This document shows positions 7,665 to 15,718 of a DNA stretch of 47,146 bases, piece by piece. The stretch spans positions 1-47,146 of IMG/VR virus record IMGVR_UViG_3300044878_000075; one strand, 5' to 3'. The stretch is from a virus. Taxonomy: Duplodnaviria > Caudoviricetes. Each line of letters begins with the position of its first letter. The stretch's first letter is position 1. The notes below the pieces were generated by a model. That model was given only the letters and a program-made list of their open reading frames with translations. It made no database searches and was not told the origin of the DNA. Both the position numbers and the translations under genes were made by a program.

Positions 7665-9071
7665 TTACCGGCGGAGTCGAGCTGGCAAGAAGACGGCACC
7701 GTGAACCTGCTCAGTAGGCGCAAAGGCCATGATCAGCGAGTCAGCCAAGTTAGGCGAAGGAATGCCACGCTTAGCCATGTCTTTTTTGCTCTCAACCTTT
7801 GCGCGCCCGTTGTTGTCGTAGTCGACCATCGGCCTTGATAGCTCAGCCTTAAGCTGCTCAAGATGTGGAAGCGTTGACGAAAGACTTATAAGCTCGTCAG
7901 GCGGATACTCTGCGCCCTCTCTAACGGCCTTGTAGGTCTTGCTGAAGCGGTCGCGCATTTGCCACCATGCCTGCGCCTTGATGTTCGAGAACATGTCTTT
8001 GTTCTTCTTGCCGACCATGTATTCGCTTTCAGGCTGAACCACTGCGCCGCCAGCGTTGAAGCCAGACACCTGCATCTGCCTGGACGACTGCCGCTGATCC
8101 ATCAGGCGATTAGTCTCAGCCTTAACGCCAGCACCTACGCCAATCGAGTCATAGGTAAGCTGATCGAATCCGTTCAGGTCTGCATATGCGAACGCCTTGT
8201 TAGCGCTGAATATCACGTCACCTTTGCGCCACTCCTCAAGATCGAAAACGACAGAGCCGTGACGAGCAGTCATTGCGTTACTGTCGGCACCCTCGTCCGC
8301 TACGTCCATGCCGACGACCTTAATACCTTCAGGCTTGAAGCCAAGCACGATATGCGCGTCTACTGCTGCCTGAATCCATGAAGGCTTGATGATAGCGTGC
8401 TCGCTGTCTGCCGTTGGCTCACCCAGCCAGATGTGCGGATAAGCGTCAGGGAAGCGACTCAGGCACTCCAGGCGCTCAGTCTCAAGTACTTCAGGGAAGA
8501 ACGGATTGGAGTCATAGTTGATCTTGCGGTGAATGCTGCTCGATGGCGGATTAGCTACAAACCGAACATAGCTCGCATCCATGATGTTGCCAGGATTCAT
8601 GGAGATGATGAACTTAGATCCAGCGCCACGAATTGACGGGATCAGGACTTGCCAGGAGTCATCGACAACACCATGAGCCTCCTCGATCCATACGCGGGTG
8701 ATGCCCTCCATCGATTTGATACTGTCAATGTTGGATTGCAGACCTTCGAATAGAAAGACGGTGCCATTCTTGCCAACAATCTGCGTGCGCTGTACGTCGT
8801 AGAACCAAGACAGGCCTAGCTTGTCGATCTTGTCAGCCAAGAGCTGAAGAACAGATGCCTTGATTGACTTCTGAATCTGGCGCGTACAGAGAATGCGCTG
8901 AGGCTGTAGATAGCCCTCAACGACTAGTAACTCTGCGATGAAATGGCTCTTACCCCCACCGCGCCCCCCTTCCATGATGTGATAGCGGGCATCGCGCAGC
9001 AGTTCGCGCCTTGTTGCTACATTCTCAAGGTCAACGAACGGGAGATAGGCCGACGAGATATCAAACTGCAT
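7665..9071 (-). CDS. terL: Terminase large subunit (PBSX/Terminase_3 type)
   Basis: Walker A GGRGGGKS, Walker B WIEEA, nuclease GMDVADEGAD and SPNLADS. Confidence 0.95.
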   Translation of the reverse strand: MQFDISSAYLPFVDLENVATRRELLRDARYHIMEGGRGGGKSHFIAELLVVEGYLQPQRILCTRQIQKSIKASVLQLLADKIDKLGLSWFYDVQRTQIVGKNGTVFLFEGLQSNIDSIKSMEGITRVWIEEAHGVVDDSWQVLIPSIRGAGSKFIISMNPGNIMDASYVRFVANPPSSSIHRKINYDSNPFFPEVLETERLECLSRFPDAYPHIWLGEPTADSEHAIIKPSWIQAAVDAHIVLGFKPEGIKVVGMDVADEGADSNAMTARHGSVVFDLEEWRKGDVIFSANKAFAYADLNGFDQLTYDSIGVGAGVKAETNRLMDQRQSSRQMQVSGFNAGGAVVQPESEYMVGKKNKDMFSNIKAQAWWQMRDRFSKTYKAVREGAEYPPDELISLSSTLPHLEQLKAELSRPMVDYDNNGRAKVESKKDMAKRGIPSPNLADSLIMAFAPTEQVHGAVFLPARLRR

Positions 9072-9537
9072 CTTTAGGCTTAATGATGTTGAAGGTCAGT
9101 TGCTGAGGCGACATGGTGCCATCGCCGCTAGTCAGGTCAACGCTCGACTTCTCGACTAGCCCAATATCCCGCGCAATCAACGTAGGGTTCATCAGCCCAG
9201 CGACCGCATTCTCGAACTTATATTGCTTCATGCGGTCTTCGATCTCTTCGCAGACTAGATCGAACTCATCGGACACGCGGTAGTTGATCCATGTATGCCG
9301 GCTTATACCGAGATGCAGGCAAAGGCCGACGATGGTAACTGCGCGAGGCTTGCGGATCTCAGCTGTAAGGATCTGGCCTTGTGCGCAGAAGTGTTTCTCT
9401 TCGTACAACGGATTATCGTCGGCCCAAGCCAAGTATTCTAGGCTTGCCTCGCGCAGATCGTCGGCAGTCTCGAAAGCTCTCGACCGCCCAACCTGACTAA
9501 CCTTATCCCCAGCATGCGTTAGTGGCGTTTTAGCCAT
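9061..9537 (-). CDS. terS: Terminase small subunit (P22 gp3-like)
   Basis: TIVGLCLHLGI HTH and AVAGLMNPTLIARDIGL C-terminus; overlaps terL. Confidence 0.9.
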   Translation of the reverse strand: MAKTPLTHAGDKVSQVGRSRAFETADDLREASLEYLAWADDNPLYEEKHFCAQGQILTAEIRKPRAVTIVGLCLHLGISRHTWINYRVSDEFDLVCEEIEDRMKQYKFENAVAGLMNPTLIARDIGLVEKSSVDLTSGDGTMSPQQLTFNIIKPKDAV

Positions 9538-9568
9538 AAAAAAGCCCTCTTATAGAGAGCTAAGGATA

Positions 9569-9889
9569 TCACGCGCTGTCGACTTTTTTCTCTAGCCAGC
9601 GCTTGAGTACGGCTTTGACTGGTCCGATACCGTAGCCAGCGAATACGCCAGCAAGGACGAATACTAGCGACTCACTGAATCCCATTGCTTGGAGTGAGTA
9701 GCCGCTGATCACAACTAGGATCGGGGTTGCCAGTACGTCGGTCACTCGCTCGCTAACGGTTCGCCCGTCTTGCTTGAACGCCATAATCAAGGCCAGAAGC
9801 AGGCCTAGAATAGAGGCTCGAACGGTGTCGGGCATGCTATGCCACAAGGCAATCCAGTTGTTCGGGTCTTTTTCAGGCATTTTGGTCAT
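9569..9889 (-). CDS. Holin, lambda S-like, with MTKM dual start
   Basis: 106 aa, three hydrophobic segments, charged C-terminus, MPEKDP N-terminus. Confidence 0.85.
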   Translation of the reverse strand: MTKMPEKDPNNWIALWHSMPDTVRASILGLLLALIMAFKQDGRTVSERVTDVLATPILVVISGYSLQAMGFSESLVFVLAGVFAGYGIGPVKAVLKRWLEKKVDSA

Positions 9890-9929
9890 CGCAGGATGTC
9901 TAATTTAAGGAATGTATCCATTTAGACTA

Positions 9930-9938
9930 ATGGTATCA
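9930..9938 (-). promoter_or_regulatory. Extended -10 TGATACCAT for holin-terminase operon
   Basis: Matches the TGnTAnnnT class seen upstream of other late genes. Confidence 0.5.
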
Positions 9939-9982
9939 CTTGCGGTTCGGTGGCTAGTGGCTATCAATTTTTGTCGGGCAAT

Positions 9983-10636
9983 AAAAACCCCTCAGCACAC
10001 TATCAGGATCTCTGAATCATGCGAGAGGGGCCGTGTTTTTGCACATAACAGGAGACGGTTTTAGCCGTGTCGCCGAGGTGGAGTCCTGCGCTCTTCGCTC
10101 GACCAGTTGCCGCGTGTGCGGTCATGGCGAAGTTGACGTAAAACTACGCTACCTCTCGCCTCGTCTTTCGTAGCGGAACCAGATCCTAAGATTTCCTGGC
10201 ACCCTAGCTGAATAGGCTGGTCTACTCGTCAGCGTCTAGCTGGGCGTTAAACCATACTAGATCCGTACTGCATTACAGGAAGGTCGCACCGTTCGATTAG
10301 CTCTGGTTTTAGCCAGGGGTCTCAAACCGCCAAACTGTTGCTATGGCGCCGCCTTCGATAGAGAGTGTATTCCTCTATCCGTCCATGACTTTGAGCAAGT
10401 CCTAGGCCGCCTAATACACAACGGTTCTCCTAGCTGGTCTTACGCTGCAAATCCACTAGATACAGTCACGAAAGGAACTATATCACAAACATCACCTGCG
10501 TCTCACCTTACGCCGAGTCTTTCCGCACGCTATCTCGCCGAGGTTCCTTACGTGCTGCGACAGGTTATGCGACTTACGAGCCGCAAATCGAGCCCGAATA
10601 ACGAGTGGCTAGGACGGCCTGCACTGGAACCAGGCG
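9983..10636 (-). ncRNA. Putative large structured ncRNA(s): ~650 nt, or ~150 nt plus ~490 nt
   Basis: No ORF >=60 aa in ~900 bp; many stems relying on minus-strand G-U pairs; promoters at 10642-10650 and 10477-10485; U-tailed hairpin 9983-10030. Confidence 0.65.
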
Positions 10637-10641
10637 TGAGA

Positions 10642-10692
10642 ATGATACCACGAGCGCGAAAACGCTAATATTCTGGCTGATTAGCGCGAAAA
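10642..10692 (-). promoter_or_regulatory. Extended -10 TGGTATCAT with two upstream TTTTCGCGCT direct repeats
   Basis: Repeats at 10653-10662 and 10683-10692, 30 bp apart. Confidence 0.55.
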
Positions 10693-10710
10693 GTGTAATT
10701 TTATTGGCAT

Positions 10711-10743
10711 AAAAAAAGCCCATCGGACGGTTCACGATGGGCT
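10711..10743 (-). terminator. Intrinsic terminator of the leftward early operon
   Basis: AGCCCATCG-loop-CGATGGGCT followed by T-run. Confidence 0.9.
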
Positions 10744-10790
10744 AAAGGTCTTACATCAGCGGAGGGGGACGCCGATTCTGTAAGGCGGTA

Positions 10791-11033
10791 TCAGTGGATG
10801 CCGCGCTGTTGAGTGGATTGTACACTCTTTTTGTACATCGGGGCGACTTTTATTCGAAGCTCAAGCTCATGCTCCATGTCTGAATTCGAATAAACGAACT
10901 GCCGCAACTTGTCGCACGCCTCATCATCCATCTTTAACCCTGCACGAAACCGCTCATACCGCGCATACCCAAGCTCGCACATGGTCATCATAGCCATAGT
11001 GTTGATTTGTTCTAGGTCGTTGATTGTGGTCAT
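10791..11033 (-). CDS. Hypothetical protein
   Basis: 80-aa ORF with GAGG SD, last gene of the operon. Confidence 0.75.
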   Translation of the reverse strand: MTTINDLEQINTMAMMTMCELGYARYERFRAGLKMDDEACDKLRQFVYSNSDMEHELELRIKVAPMYKKSVQSTQQRGIH

Positions 11034-11252
11034 TTACATGTCCTCAGCAGCAGCAAGAATGGCCTTTCCAATCAGAATAGCCTGTTCCTTTGAATGGATC
11101 GAACACCGGATATCACCATAGAACTCCTTGCTTTCTGCGTTAGTGGTTCTGATCTCTATGCCGCCAAGACCGTCGCCATCAGGCCCAACCTCGATGAACA
11201 CGCCTTCGCTGTCATCATAAATACGCCGCACAACTTCTTGACTGAAGCTCAC
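11034..11252 (-). CDS. Hypothetical protein (start re-called at GTG 11252)
   Basis: GGAGGG SD; GTGA overlap with upstream gene. Confidence 0.7.
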   Translation of the reverse strand: MSFSQEVVRRIYDDSEGVFIEVGPDGDGLGGIEIRTTNAESKEFYGDIRCSIHSKEQAILIGKAILAAAEDM

Positions 11253-11443
11253 TTCGTCGCCCTCCACCAGTACCAAGCATTCATGATGTAGCGATATGGC
11301 CAGCAGAAGCACCACATGATCCAGGCCATGAGCCAATGATACCAGCGCCCGTTTTTGATCTCTTCTGGATCTAGCCAGAAGTAGACGGCTGGCCAGTATG
11401 AGAGCAGGCCGACTAGGAGGTAGAGGATTGCTAGTTGGGTCAT
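11249..11443 (-). CDS. Small Trp-rich membrane protein
   Basis: Two hydrophobic segments; ATGA coupling. Confidence 0.7.
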   Translation of the reverse strand: MTQLAILYLLVGLLSYWPAVYFWLDPEEIKNGRWYHWLMAWIMWCFCWPYRYIMNAWYWWRATK

Positions 11444-11655
11444 GGGCGTGGCTCCAGTGTTCCAACCCAAAAATCATCATTTTCAAACCATGCGTCAAAT
11501 TCCCCAAATGAATCTCCATCTACCTGATCAGTTGATGGCATCCAATGGAAATCGCCTAGATATGGCTCTTTAACAAACCAGCACCATACACCGCTCTCGT
11601 CCTTAGCCATCCAATTTGCATGCGATGGTGCATCATTCCAATCTGGCTTATTCAT
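11440..11655 (-). CDS. Hypothetical protein (DWNDAP..ANWMAKD..G.W motif)
   Basis: Common small phage protein pattern; ATGA coupling. Confidence 0.75.
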   Translation of the reverse strand: MNKPDWNDAPSHANWMAKDESGVWCWFVKEPYLGDFHWMPSTDQVDGDSFGEFDAWFENDDFWVGTLEPRP

Positions 11656-11870
11656 TTCAACACTCCAAGGCTGCGGTCGACTGCCATGCTTTGAAGCCAA
11701 TCCAACTCATGCGCTTCAATCAGCGTCGTGTGCTTGACGATCTTCTGCGTACTGGTTAAAGCAGTATGACTGCCGATTAGCTGGTATTCGCCGGATTCGT
11801 AGACGATGAATTGGCCGGGGATTAGGCGTGCTGGTGGGCCTGCTGTAAATTTCGGGACTACGTTAATCAT
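11652..11870 (-). CDS. Hypothetical protein
   Basis: 72-aa ORF, GAGG SD. Confidence 0.7.
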   Translation of the reverse strand: MINVVPKFTAGPPARLIPGQFIVYESGEYQLIGSHTALTSTQKIVKHTTLIEAHELDWLQSMAVDRSLGVLK

Positions 11871-11891
11871 ATTCGCTGCCTCTCTCGTGTT

Positions 11892-12728
11892 TCAGAATAG
11901 CCTACCCATGCTTTGCGCAAAAAGATAGGGGTCTTTTGCTGATTTTTTTAGATTGCATCCAGGGCAAGCGATAACCAGATTGCTCACAGTATGCGCTCCA
12001 CCTTTCGACAGCGGATGGTAGTGATCGACGTGGTATTTCTTGAGCTTCTTCTTGCCGCACCAGTAACAATCCTTTTTGGCGTTCGATTCCCACTCTCTAA
12101 GCTCCGCCGTGGTAGATCCTTGCTTCTCTATTGCGCGACGACGGTGTTTGTATGCGTTAGAGATAGATCGGCGTTTCTCTTGGTTGCTGCGAGCCCAGGC
12201 AGTAGCAGCAATCGTCCTTTGCGCAGAGGTCTTGGCTTGATATTCCGTGCGTCTTGCCTGAATCTTCTCTGCGTTCTCCTCCTGATACTGCTTGTCATAT
12301 TCCTTCTTGTGGTCGGATGCAGAGAATTCAGCAGAGCAGGTAATGCAGTTGCCGCCGCTGGTGTACTTCTCTGTGCCGTGACCATAAGGGCATTCGCGAC
12401 CATGATAGGTAAGCGCGCCAGATGCTAGCGCCTCCTGTCTTGATGCTCGCAGCTTGTTCCACGCCTCTGACTTAACAGCTACTTCAGCCTTGCGCTCTGC
12501 TGCGATTCGCTTGGCTTCGGCAATGGCTAGCTGCCTTTCTGGATTTGCATCCTGTTTTGCTTTGAATGTTCTCGCGCACACAAGGCGATTGCACTCCACG
12601 CATTTACCATCAGCAGTTGCACGCTCAGTGATATGCCCGTGCGGACACGGCTTAGCCATGAAGAAACGACGAAGGCCCAGGGTTTTAGCCTGAGCCTTGG
12701 AAATAATGTGAATGCACTTCTGTTGCAT
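11892..12728 (-). CDS. HNH endonuclease (probably homing) with two N-terminal Cys/His repeats
   Basis: CYWC...HVDHYHPLSKGG.H..SNL..AC..CN; repeats CPHGH...CVEC and CPYGH...CITC. Confidence 0.9.
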   Translation of the reverse strand: MQQKCIHIISKAQAKTLGLRRFFMAKPCPHGHITERATADGKCVECNRLVCARTFKAKQDANPERQLAIAEAKRIAAERKAEVAVKSEAWNKLRASRQEALASGALTYHGRECPYGHGTEKYTSGGNCITCSAEFSASDHKKEYDKQYQEENAEKIQARRTEYQAKTSAQRTIAATAWARSNQEKRRSISNAYKHRRRAIEKQGSTTAELREWESNAKKDCYWCGKKKLKKYHVDHYHPLSKGGAHTVSNLVIACPGCNLKKSAKDPYLFAQSMGRLF

Positions 12729-12830
12729 CTGATACCACCGATATGGCTAGAAGGATTTGCGGATAATCCATGTATCGGCATGGAAAGGCTGGCCGGCCCT
12801 GTCTCCGCAAACCGAATCATATCACAATGG

Positions 12831-13961
12831 CTATTTCAGCATGTCGGAATTGATAGTGATTCGTCCTACTTCGCCCCATTTGTGGTGATAGGTGATGACC
12901 TTCGCGTCACGACCTGAGCTATAGCCGCCACGGCTTGAGTGTGCGTCTGCTGCTGCCAAGGTCCGATGCTGCTCCACGATCATCAGATTGTTTTCCTTCA
13001 CGTCTACGTGGTGCAGGTGACCCATGTGCGCGTAGCTCTTTGAGGTGCGCCCAAACATATCGCGGAACTTCGACACGAACACCTGCGAGATATCCGAAAC
13101 CCTCTTCTTGTGCCCGTGATGGAAGAACAGAGAGCTAGCCCCGAACTCATAGGCGTAATAAGGATCTGCTGATCGGTCTACGGTGATGCGCGGCTCATGC
13201 TCGTACATTGCGTACAGCATTTCACGAAGCCAGCATGACGCGGACGTGTCGTGATTACCTTCACACATTTTTACGTGAACGAGCTCATGCTTCTCCAGCA
13301 GCATGTTGATTACCTTGCGAACGGTACGCACTACTACGCGCACCATCTTCTGGAATCGACCGTCTGCGTCCAGGATATGGCCGCTAGCTTCAGTGGTCGC
13401 TTGGAGCCCTGAGCCGGAATAGTGCAAGAAATCACCGACCTGCGCAAAGATGCCGATCTTGGCATCAGGCGCGGCAGTGATAGCCATAGAGAACCAATCA
13501 ATCAGTTGCTTCTCTGCAATCTTAAGGTCGTAGTCCTCGCCTCGCGTCTCTTCGCCCCACGATAGCTGGCCGAAGTGGTAATCGGTGATCACGTAGCAGT
13601 TCAGGAGCTCTTCGTTGGTGTCTGTTGGGACTTCTACTGGCTCAGCCCTTACAACCACCTCATTCAGCGCCTCAACAGCCTCCAGCATCATCTGGTAACG
13701 GCGCTCATCATCAGCACCAGACTTGATCCACTGCGCAGACAACACGCCGTCCTTGTTATACAGACTTGAAACACCGCGAACCTTAAACCCATCAGGAACC
13801 TGTCGCGTCATGTCGTGCTCAGGCGAGTACCCAGATACTGCCAACTTAGCCTTCCACCGCCGCATAGTCCTTTCCGAAACGCCCAGCATCTCAGCCATGA
13901 TCGCGTTATTCGCGCCAGTGCTCAGAGCTTCCTTTACTCGCTGCTCGTTGTATTCGGTCAT
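12831..13961 (-). CDS. N-terminal HTH fused to calcineurin-like metallophosphoesterase
   Basis: MAEMLGVSERTMRRW HTH; DYH, GDFLH, GNHD, HHGH, GHLH motifs. Confidence 0.85.
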   Translation of the reverse strand: MTEYNEQRVKEALSTGANNAIMAEMLGVSERTMRRWKAKLAVSGYSPEHDMTRQVPDGFKVRGVSSLYNKDGVLSAQWIKSGADDERRYQMMLEAVEALNEVVVRAEPVEVPTDTNEELLNCYVITDYHFGQLSWGEETRGEDYDLKIAEKQLIDWFSMAITAAPDAKIGIFAQVGDFLHYSGSGLQATTEASGHILDADGRFQKMVRVVVRTVRKVINMLLEKHELVHVKMCEGNHDTSASCWLREMLYAMYEHEPRITVDRSADPYYAYEFGASSLFFHHGHKKRVSDISQVFVSKFRDMFGRTSKSYAHMGHLHHVDVKENNLMIVEQHRTLAAADAHSSRGGYSSGRDAKVITYHHKWGEVGRITINSDMLK

Positions 13962-14431
13962 TTGGTTGTGCTCGTTGGTCGATCAGAGTGAACAAGCCAC
14001 AATTGCGGCTGGCCTTCTGTAATGAACCGGCTAGCCTCAAGCGTATAAGGCTCGTCGTAATACCCAGCGCCGTGCTTAACCGCATACTGATACTTTCTGC
14101 CACCTGCAATCTCGAAGTTCGCAACCATTAAGTGAGTAGCCCACTCCGGCGCATCATCCCATCTAGGAATATCCGAAATAATATGTGAAGGATTTACAAG
14201 AGCGACATCTTCTACACCATTGATTTCAGAAGTCTCAAGGTCAATAAGCAATTGCGCAAAGTGCTTGATCTTCTCTAGGTCTGCGATGCCGCCCTTGTCA
14301 CGCCACCGAGATGCGTACTTGATAATACAGCCCTCAATGAATGGAATGCCGTTCGCGTGCATGTACTCAACCGGCTGGATCTTAAGCTTCTTGTAGTGGT
14401 CGCCGCCTACTTGCGTATCCAGTGCGCTCAT
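13958..14431 (-). CDS. DUF3310 (T7 gp1.7/SaV-like nucleotide kinase family) protein with extra C-terminal domain
   Basis: QVGGDHY...GCIIKYASRWRDKGGIADLEKIKHF. Confidence 0.85.
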   Translation of the reverse strand: MSALDTQVGGDHYKKLKIQPVEYMHANGIPFIEGCIIKYASRWRDKGGIADLEKIKHFAQLLIDLETSEINGVEDVALVNPSHIISDIPRWDDAPEWATHLMVANFEIAGGRKYQYAVKHGAGYYDEPYTLEASRFITEGQPQLWLVHSDRPTSTTK

Positions 14432-14586
14432 TTTTTAGCTCCTTTGATTGCGTCGCGAATCTCTTGCGCGAGAAACAGTGCGTACATGGTCGCAACGCCG
14501 ACCGACGCATGCGTGTCCAGTCCGACAAAAAATGAAACAGTAACGATGCATACGGCCTCAATCAGCTTTACGAAATCAATTTTCAT
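14428..14586 (-). CDS. 52-aa membrane protein (not in ORF track)
   Basis: MKIDFVKLIEAVCIVTVSFFVG...; ATGA overlaps at both ends. Confidence 0.7.
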   Translation of the reverse strand: MKIDFVKLIEAVCIVTVSFFVGLDTHASVGVATMYALFLAQEIRDAIKGAKK

Positions 14587-14768
14587 TGATTCAACTCCAA
14601 ATCATCCAGATCAATCCCGCATTCTTCCTCTGCCAGTCGTAGCAGTGCGCGCTCCTCACGAACGCCGAACACTCCGCGCTCTAGCCTATTCTGGCTAACC
14701 CCGCTCCGACTTGCAATAAGCGCCAGTGTCCAGCCTCGCGCTTGCATCTCCTTGATAATTTCAAGCAT
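14583..14768 (-). CDS. Small HTH-like protein
   Basis: GWTLALIASRSGVSQNRL resembles an XRE HTH. Confidence 0.65.
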   Translation of the reverse strand: MLEIIKEMQARGWTLALIASRSGVSQNRLERGVFGVREERALLRLAEEECGIDLDDLELNQ

Positions 14769-15012
14769 GCAATTCTTCCTTATCGGTTACGTCTAGTGGG
14801 TCGGATTCTGGCTTGATTGGAAGAAGATGGATTGGAAGGCATAGCGCTCGATCTACCTTTTCCCCGTCTTTAGTAATACTGTCGCCGCTAACCAATATCT
14901 GCCCATCAAACCACTTTTCAATAACCTCAACCATTTTGCCGATATTGTCCTGAGTTGACGCGAACCTTGAGCCAACGATCATCGCCAACATCCCAGGCTG
15001 CAACTCGCTCAT
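14761..15012 (-). CDS. Hypothetical protein
   Basis: Coupled ORF in the small-gene cluster. Confidence 0.75.
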   Translation of the reverse strand: MSELQPGMLAMIVGSRFASTQDNIGKMVEVIEKWFDGQILVSGDSITKDGEKVDRALCLPIHLLPIKPESDPLDVTDKEELHA

Positions 15013-15236
15013 TCCCAAAGCCCCTGCGTAATCAGATTCTCGTGAACCTCGGCCAGATCGGTCGAGAATTCGAGTTTAGTACAGAAATTGGCGCATGCGT
15101 TCCAGTATTCGTGGCGGGCGTTGGTGAGTGCTTCTTTTGCGATGTGAGTGGCAGTCGGATGCTCGATATCTGCCTTGGTGAATGCCAGGTGCGCTGCTTC
15201 GAGCGCTTCCCGTGCTTGCTTGACTGTGATGCTCAT
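15009..15236 (-). CDS. Hypothetical protein
   Basis: Start re-called at ATGA overlap. Confidence 0.7.
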   Translation of the reverse strand: MSITVKQAREALEAAHLAFTKADIEHPTATHIAKEALTNARHEYWNACANFCTKLEFSTDLAEVHENLITQGLWE

Positions 15237-15490
15237 GATTGACGCTCCAATTCGGACCAGATTTGCTCGATGATTTCTGCGTGATTGGCTTCTGCCCATG
15301 ACTGCGCCAGGCTATCATGAAGCGAGTCACCGTAATCATTAACAACTTCTTTAACCTCGTAATCAAGCTCAGAGTATCCGTAGCAATCTTGATCGCTATC
15401 GGCGCGCATGCCCATCGGGGCCTGGACAAAAACATGCTTGATCTTGACGTCAATCGCATAACCACGCAGAAAAACTGTTAACTCTGACAT
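15233..15490 (-). CDS. Hypothetical acidic protein
   Basis: 85-aa ORF; resembles downstream-adjacent neighbour 15494-15718. Confidence 0.75.
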   Translation of the reverse strand: MSELTVFLRGYAIDVKIKHVFVQAPMGMRADSDQDCYGYSELDYEVKEVVNDYGDSLHDSLAQSWAEANHAEIIEQIWSELERQS

Positions 15491-15493
15491 TCC

Positions 15494-15718
15494 CTATCCC
15501 TCTATCTGCGCCCAAATGGCGCGTTCGATCTCATTTATATACTCGTTGCAGATTAAGTCAAGCGCATTTTTTGAAATTGTTTCTCCGATTTCATCTGTGC
15601 CGCTGGTTGCGGTCCAGCAGAGTTCGCTGTGGCCGTTTGTGTGGCGTGTAGAAGGCTCGGAGTGGGCGTAGGTGATGTCTACGTCTAGCGTCAAGCCGTG
15701 TAGGTTCAAGAGAGGCAT
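15494..15718 (-). CDS. Hypothetical acidic protein
   Basis: 74-aa ORF, TGATG coupling. Confidence 0.75.
   Translation of the reverse strand: MPLLNLHGLTLDVDITYAHSEPSTRHTNGHSELCWTATSGTDEIGETISKNALDLICNEYINEIERAIWAQIEG

Noticed and set aside
9569-10470. Apparent abundance of CTAG
   Set aside because: Visual impression only; needs a tetranucleotide observed/expected calculation that I cannot run
10473-10490. GAUAUAGUUCC resembling the group I intron S element
   Set aside because: No convincing R/P7 partner and no interrupted gene; better explained as the extended -10 TGATATAGT
9890-10790. tRNA, tmRNA or CRISPR mini-array in the long intergenic region
   Set aside because: No cloverleaf with T-loop and acceptor stem, no tmRNA ends and no regularly spaced repeats found by eye
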